Shown: positions 29,475-35,748 of the stretch, one piece after another
Layout of the letters: the number at the start of each line of letters is the position of its first letter
How positions within the stretch are numbered: position 1 is the stretch's first letter
Assembly: GCA_052055015.1 (NCBI GenBank)
Contig: JBQJIT010000071.1
Strand: one strand, 5' to 3'
Length of the DNA stretch: 35,748 nucleotides
DNA from: Malassezia furfur
Taxonomy: Eukaryota
Translations under genes and position numbers: made by a program
The notes under the pieces: generated by a model
The model's database searches: none
The model's input: only the letters and a program-made list of their open reading frames with translations
What the model was told of the DNA's origin: nothing

Positions 29475-31011
29475 ATGGACGAGTCGCGGCGCGTGCGGGC
29501 GGCAGGCGGCGAGGAGACGGCGCGTGCGGTGCGCGAGGCGACCGAGAACGCCCCGCCCAGCACGCCGCATTCTATGCGTCGTGCCAACACGACCGCGACG
29601 GGCTCCGCGACTGACCCTGTCCGTGGCCTGCGCCAGCTCAGTCTACCGACTGTCGGCGCGACGCAGGCCGCGGCCGATGCCGCAGCTGCCGTGCGGCGCG
29701 CCGATACACAAGCCGGGTCATTTGCTGATGGAAATGAGCCTGTGGATGCACAGCGCGTGCGGTATTTTCGCCGGCTGTCGAAACTCCCGCCTCAGCCGCT
29801 CGATGCGACGCCCACGCCGACAGCGATCCTCAAGTTTATGGATGCGGTGCGCGGCGTACTATTTGCACTGTCGCAGGTGTATCATGCACTGAAGCAGCAT
29901 ATTTCTGTATCCAATGATGAACGCCTTATTGCCCATTTCCAGCGCCTGCTGAGCCTCATGAGCATCTCGATGAATATGCTGATTTCGGCACTCGACCGGC
30001 TCGATACGGCGACACAGCGCGGCACTCCCGACGCGGGAATCGTGCGTGGCGTGGTAGAGGCTTGCAGCGAGAGTGTGCGTACTTTCCGTCGTACCATTTC
30101 GATGGTACATTCACAATTACCCCAGCTTGAAGAGAGTGTGGACGTGCGCTTTTCACGGACGCTGCTGCTCATGTTGTACGGGAGCATGGCTGAGCTGCGG
30201 AATAGCAGTGCGATCATGGCACCCAATCGCGTGGAAGTGGCGCAGTTTGTCGCTGTCAGTACCCCGCAAGACGACGAGCGCGCGGCACAGCCCCTACGCC
30301 TGCGCCGTACCCCCGACTTTTCGTTTGACACGGTGGACAGCATGGGCACGGACATGTTCCACGCGTCTCCGCAGGCCTCGACGCCGCTTACACAGCGCCA
30401 TCTGCGCTCAAAAGGCAGTTCGATCTCAGCGTCCACGCGCTCCCCCGCTGTCTCGCCCCGCGAGGTGCGCAAACCTTATGCCTCACCGCTTGCGGGCGGC
30501 TTGTCACCCTCGATCAGTCTGCCGCAGTTGCGCGTGCGGTCGCCGTCAGGCTCAGTGCGAGAGGTGCCGGTAATCGACACACAGCTGCAGACGACACTGC
30601 AGCAGGTCACGACCCAGGCTGCCCAGGTTTGGACGCAGCTGCACACGCACCTACGCTCAGCGCAGCCGCAGACGGACGAGAACGCGAAACGGATTCGCGA
30701 TGTGGATGATACGTGTTTATCTACGCTGGAGCAGACACAGCGGTTGCAGTCAATGCTCGCGCGGCTGCCCAAAGACGCGCTGCGTGCGCGGCCACCGACG
30801 CCCGAGTGCCAGCAGCTGTGGGAGGAGGCGAATCATTTTGTGCGCGTACGTGTCTCGACTCATGCAGGCCATTATCCACATCTCTACGCTGATCAAGGCC
30901 GTCGCTGTACATTACCCCTTCCCCCGCGACCTGATGCGTACCGTCGGCGAGCTCAACCAAGGCTGCTCCACGCTCGCCGCGGAGCTCCACGCGAGCACGC
31001 AGCGCATGTAG
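29475..31011 (+). CDS. SOG2: RAM-network SOG2-domain protein; exons 29475-30845, 30868-31011
   Basis: YFRRLSKLP, RGVLFALSQVY, DVRFSRTLLLMLYGSMAEL, LWEEANHFVR. The 22-nt intron 30846-30867 joins AIIHISTLIK. Start uncertain. Confidence 0.82.
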
Positions 31012-31056
31012 ATCACGTGATAGAGTACGCCGTCGGTTCGCACTTCCATACCCGCG

Positions 31057-34000
31057 ATGGACGATGCGGAGGCCGCCGCGCGGCGCCCCGAGGGCGCGCC
31101 CGACGAAGACGTGCCTATGAGTGAAGAGGAGGGGGAGGACCTCATGAAGGAGTCCGGCAACCTGGTGGGAATGGACAGCAGTGATGAGGAGGAGGACGAG
31201 GAGGACGAGGAGGAGCAGCGCCGCGTCGCAGAAGGTTTCATCGTCGACGAGGACGAGGATGAGGAGACCCGGCATAAGCGCAAGCGGCGTCATCACCATC
31301 ACCGTCGTCATGAGATGGAGGATGAGGAGCTCGATGAGGACGACTTGGCGCTTCTGCAGGAGAACCAGGGTCCCTCGGCCGGCGACGGCCCCCATAAACG
31401 TGCGCGGCAGCACGCCGACGAGCGCGACCGCGATCTTGCGCACATCTTTGACGATGAAGATGATGGTGAGCAGCTTCCTTCGGTCGCAGGCGCGATTCGT
31501 GATAGTATGGCGGACGCGTCGCGTGCCGCCGACTACGATGACGACGAGCTCGACGACTTTATCGAGGACGATGAAGACGAGGAGATGCAGGGTCTCGACG
31601 AGGAGGCACGCGAGGAGCGCCGGCGCGAGCGCCGCGAGGAGCGCCGGCGTGCGCGGCTGACAGGCCAGCGCGTCGACCCCCAGAAGGTCGGCATCGACCC
31701 CGAGGCCTGGGACGAGATCCACGACATCTTTGGCAATGGCGAAGATTATGCGTGGGCGCTTGCGGCCGAAGAGGAGGAGGAAGAGGAGAAGAAGGGCAAG
31801 ATGGAGTACAAAGATGTGCGTATGACGGGCGTGTACTGACCTCCCCAGATTTTTGAGCCCGCCCAGATCCAAGAGCGCATGCTCACCGAGGAGGACGACC
31901 GGATCAAGCAGATCGACATCCCCGAGCGGCTGCAGCTTGCGTTGCCCGGTGTCGAGGGTCTGCACCTGCTCGAGCAGCCCCTGTCCGACGCGGACCTCGA
32001 CGAGGCGACGCAGTGGGCCGCGCCGCGGATCTCGCCACGGTGCACCGCCGAGTTCCTCGAGGAAGGGGCGGTGCATGCGCGCCTGCGCACCGAGTGGCAA
32101 CAGTGCGTGCGCCAGATGCTGCGCTACATGCTGAACGACTACCTGGAGGTGTCGTTTTTGACACAGCACCGCCTCGACGAGCTGGAGCACTCGCACTTTG
32201 ACGAGGTGTCACGCAAGCGCGAGACCACGACGCTGCTCGTGCGCCAAGAACTGCTCACGCTCAGCTCGCTCGGTGTCAAGTACAAGCTGCTGCGTGCGCG
32301 CAAGGATGCGCTGCAGCAGACGTTTGCGCAGCTGCGTACGTCGCTCGGCGATGCGCTGAGCAGTGACGACGTGGCGTACTTTGATGAGCTGCTGGCTCAG
32401 GCCGCGAGCTTTGAGGAGGTGTCGGACATCAACGAGTGGCTTGCGATGCGCTTTGGCGAGCGCTTCCGCGACGCCACGTCGCTCGCCGAGGCGCAGCAGC
32501 TGGCCGGCCACGTGCTCAAGCGCCCGACCATCGTGAGCGAGTACGAGCGGCTGAAGGCGACGCCGGTCGCGCAGCTTGCAGCGCGCCTCGGCCTCGATGC
32601 GCAGCAGCTCGCGGCGAACGTCGTGAGCGGTGTGCGGACGCACATCCCTGACGACCCTGCCGAGGGCCCTGCAGCGGTGGCCGATGCGTACGTCGATGCG
32701 TCGCGCGGCGTAGCGACATCGGAGCAGGCGCTGCAGCTCGCGCGCACGGTGCTGGCGCACGAGCTCGGTAAGGAGCCGCTGCTGCGCCGCGACGTGCGTG
32801 CACAGTTCCGCGCGTCGGCGCTGCTGGACGTGGAGCCGACGGAGCGCGGCATGACGCGGATCGACGAGGCGCACCCGTATTACAACTTCAAGTTCTTGCG
32901 CGCGAAGCCCGTCGCGGCGATCGTGCAGAACGCGTCTCAGTTCCTCCAGATCCTGCACGCCGAGGAGGAGCGGCTCGTGCGCATCACGCTGCGTCTGCCC
33001 ACCGACGTGGCAAACCGCTTCGAGGCGCGGCTCCAGGAGCAGTACGTGAGCGAGGGCGTGAGCGACGTGTCGCAGCGCTGGAACGCGGAGCGTGCGGCGG
33101 TCGTCGAGGAGGCATGTGCGGCGTTCCTGCTGCCGCTCGGCCGTCTCTGGACGCGCGAGTGGCTCATGGAAGAGTGCCGCGACGCGCTGCTCCGCCACTG
33201 CGAGCAGCAGCTCACGAGCCGTGTGGAGGGCGGCCCGTACCAGTCCTCGGGGATGGTGTCGCGCAACGGCGACCCTGCCATCGAGGAGATGGAGCACACC
33301 CCGCGCGTGCTCGCCGTGTCGCACGGCGTCGGCGACCCGCGCAAGAGCGAGGTGGTCGCCGTGTTCCTCGACGAGCAGGGCCGCTTCCTGGAGCACACGA
33401 CGTTTGACTCGCTGCGTGCGCCGACACCCGCGGCGCTGGCGCAGCGCGCCCAGGCGCTGGAGCGCGGCGAGACGCTCCCCGAGGATGCGCGCGAGCGGTT
33501 CATTGCGCTGCTCAAGCGCCGCCGGCCGGACGCGATCGTCGTCAACGGCTTCAGCGCGCGCGCCGCCGAGCTCAAGGCATCCGTCGTGGAGCTGAACCGT
33601 GCGGCGCTGAACGAGCGCGTGCATGATGAGGGCCTGGAGGGCCTCGCGGTGGAGCATGCGCGCGCGGACGTCATCAGCGTGTTTGACGACGTCGCGCGGC
33701 TGTACCAGCACAGCGAGCGCGCCGCGCAAGAGTTCCCCGAGCTGAGCGTGCTTGCGCGCTACTGTATCGGCCTTGCGCGCTACGCGCAGTCGCCCGTGAA
33801 TGAGTTTGCGGCGCTCGGCACGGACCTGAGTGCGGTGCAGTTTGACCCCGCACAGCGGCTGCTCCCGAGCGACCGGCTGCGCACGCATCTCGAGCGTGCG
33901 ATTGTGATGCTGGTGAACGACATCGGTGTGGACGTGAACGAGGCGGTGGTCAACCCGTACGTGCAGCACATGCTGCCGTACGTTGCCGGCCTGGGGCCGC

Positions 34001-35748
34001 GCAAGGCGCACGCGCTCGTGCATGCCATCCGCACGAAACTCGAGGGCAATGTGGTGAGCCGCGCCGGGATGCTGCAACACGGTATCCTGTCGTTCAACGT
34101 GTGGAACAACTATGCGAGCTTTTTGCGGCTCGAGCCGGACGCAGCCGGTGAGGCGCTGGCCGAGGAGCAGTCCGACGTGCTCGACACGACGCGCATCCAC
34201 CCCGAGGACTACGACTTCCCCCGGCAGATGGCGCGCGACGCGCTCAACAAGCACGAGGAGGACCTCGAGGGCGAGAACCCGAGTCTGGCGTGTGCCGAGA
34301 TCATGCAGGATCCGCACCCCGCCGAGAAGCTCGCGGCGCTCGACCTCGACAACTATGCGCAGATGCTGTACGAGCGGCGCGGGCTGCGCAAGCGTCTGAC
34401 GCTCTTCTCGTGCCGCCAGGAGCTGATCCGGCCGTTTGAGGACTGGCGGCCGTCGCAGACGCTGCCCAACGCTGAGGAGCTGTTCACCATGTTCACGGGC
34501 GAGACGCGCCGCGCGCTCTCCGAGGGCTACGTGGTGCCGGTAAGCGTGGTGCGCGTCGAAGAGGGGCGCGACATGGAGGGCTTTGTGCGTGTGCGCCTCG
34601 ACTCGGGCATCGAGGGCACGATCGCCGGGCGCGACATCATGGCGGGCTACAACTCGCGCGACGTGCGCCTGCGCCCCATGTTCCGCCCCGGCCAGACGCT
34701 CAACGCGGTGGTCATTGCGCTCGACATGCACGCCATGCGCGCCGAGCTCTCGCTGCGCCCCGAGGCGTTTGAGCACGTGAACCCTGCGCAGAACGCGGTG
34801 CCGGTCGACACCATGTACTTTGACCACGACCGCGCGACGCTCGCCGCCGAGGCCGCCGAGGAGCGCGTGCGCCGGCGCAACCGCAGCCGCATCGGCAGCC
34901 GCGTCATCGACCACCCCAACTACCACAACTTCACCGCGTCGCAGGCGCAAAACTACCTCGCGACACAGCCACGTGGCGCGGTGGTCATCCGCCCGAGCTC
35001 GCGCGGCATGGACCACCTCGCGGCCACCTGGAAGGTGGACGACGGCGTGTACCAGCACATTGACGTGCTCGAGCTCGACAAGGAGAGCGACCATGCGCTC
35101 GGGCGCATCCTGCGTGTCGCCGACATGGGCTCCTACTCGGACCTCGACGACCTCATCGTGAACCACATCCGCCCGATGGCGGCGATGGTCGAGATGATGA
35201 TGAACCACGAAAAGTACAAGGGCAACACCACCGAAGAGCTGCACGAGTACCTCACCAATACCTCGCTCGCGAACCCGTCGCGCTCCGTGTACGCCTTCGG
35301 CCTGAACCGCGAGCGTCCGGGCTACTTCGACCTGGCGTTCAAGGCGAACGCCGACGCACCTATCCAGACGTGGCCCGTCAAGGTGCTCCCGGGCGCCTTC
35401 AAGCTGGGGCATGCGACGCAGCTCGCGGATATGGCCGCGCTCACCAACGCGTTCAAGACGCAGTACGCCGCGCAGGCCAGCGCAGCGCGCGGTGGACGCA
35501 CCCCGGCGCTGCACGGCGCAGCGACGCCCGGCGGGGCGCGCACCCCAGGACACTACGGCGGACGCACCCCTGGGCACTACGGTGGACGCACCCCTGCGTA
35601 CGGCGGCGCGACGCCGGGCCGCTTTGGTGGCGCGACGCCAGGGCACTATGGCGCACCGCCGCCGCAGCCGCCCATGTACGGCATGCCCCCGCCCAACTAC
35701 GGCATGCCCCCGCCGGGATTCGGCGCGGCGCCCGGGCCGCCCCCGTCG
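31057..35748 (+). CDS. SPT6: Transcription elongation factor / histone chaperone SPT6 (partial, runs off the right edge); exons 31057-31815, 31849 onward
   Basis: Acidic N-terminus (DSSDEEED, LDEDDLALL, DIFGNGEDY). The 33-nt intron 31816-31848 gives KDIFEP...DIPERLQ. Later HPYYNFKFL, GLGPRKA, LDTTRIHPEDY, S1 and tandem SH2 regions (VIRPSSRG, YSDLDDLIVNHI). Exon 2 is absent from the ORF track because it has no stop in the window. Confidence 0.96.
35491..35655 (+). repeat. Degenerate coding tandem repeat (about 21-24 nt units) encoding GG(R/A)TP(G/A)xY in SPT6
   Basis: ggacactacggcggacgcacccct / gggcactacggtggacgcacccct and variants, translating as GGRTPALHGAATPGGARTPGHYGGRTPGHYGGRTPAYGGATPGRFGGATPGHYG. 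Confidence 0.85.

Noticed and set aside
32209..35646. 1145-aa minus-strand ORF
   Set aside because: Antisense shadow of SPT6 exon 2. Strong G/C third-position bias removes stops on the opposite strand, and the translation has no recognisable motifs.

Overview
Gene-dense, GC-rich fungal DNA. The gene content, compactness and tiny introns point to a basidiomycete yeast, most likely Malassezia (inference). I read about 21 protein-coding genes: a probable class I myosin 5' end, acyl-protein thioesterase, a PriB-like Zn2Cys6 factor, RPL34, mitochondrial uL6, HRD1, NAD kinase, a C2H2 factor, a single-pass membrane protein, a CoA-binding protein, an armadillo/SmgGDS-like protein, a GST-like protein, phosducin-like PLP2, RMD5, a multi-pass membrane protein, SMI1/KNR4, glucosidase I, dynamitin, an RBM5/10-like protein, SOG2 and SPT6 (runs off the right edge). 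Splicing by hand gave 15 coding-region introns of 22-42 nt (five exactly 22 nt) and one 92-nt 5'UTR intron. The most notable observations are: an in-frame CAA-TGA-CTA stop (a known readthrough context) inside an otherwise continuous 662-codon membrane-protein ORF; the 22-nt intron floor; a hairpin filling the long RPL34 UTR intron; a frame break in dynamitin; a SOG2 with no LRR domain; and Spt5-like GGRTP repeats on SPT6. I found no rRNA, tRNA, CRISPR array or mobile element.
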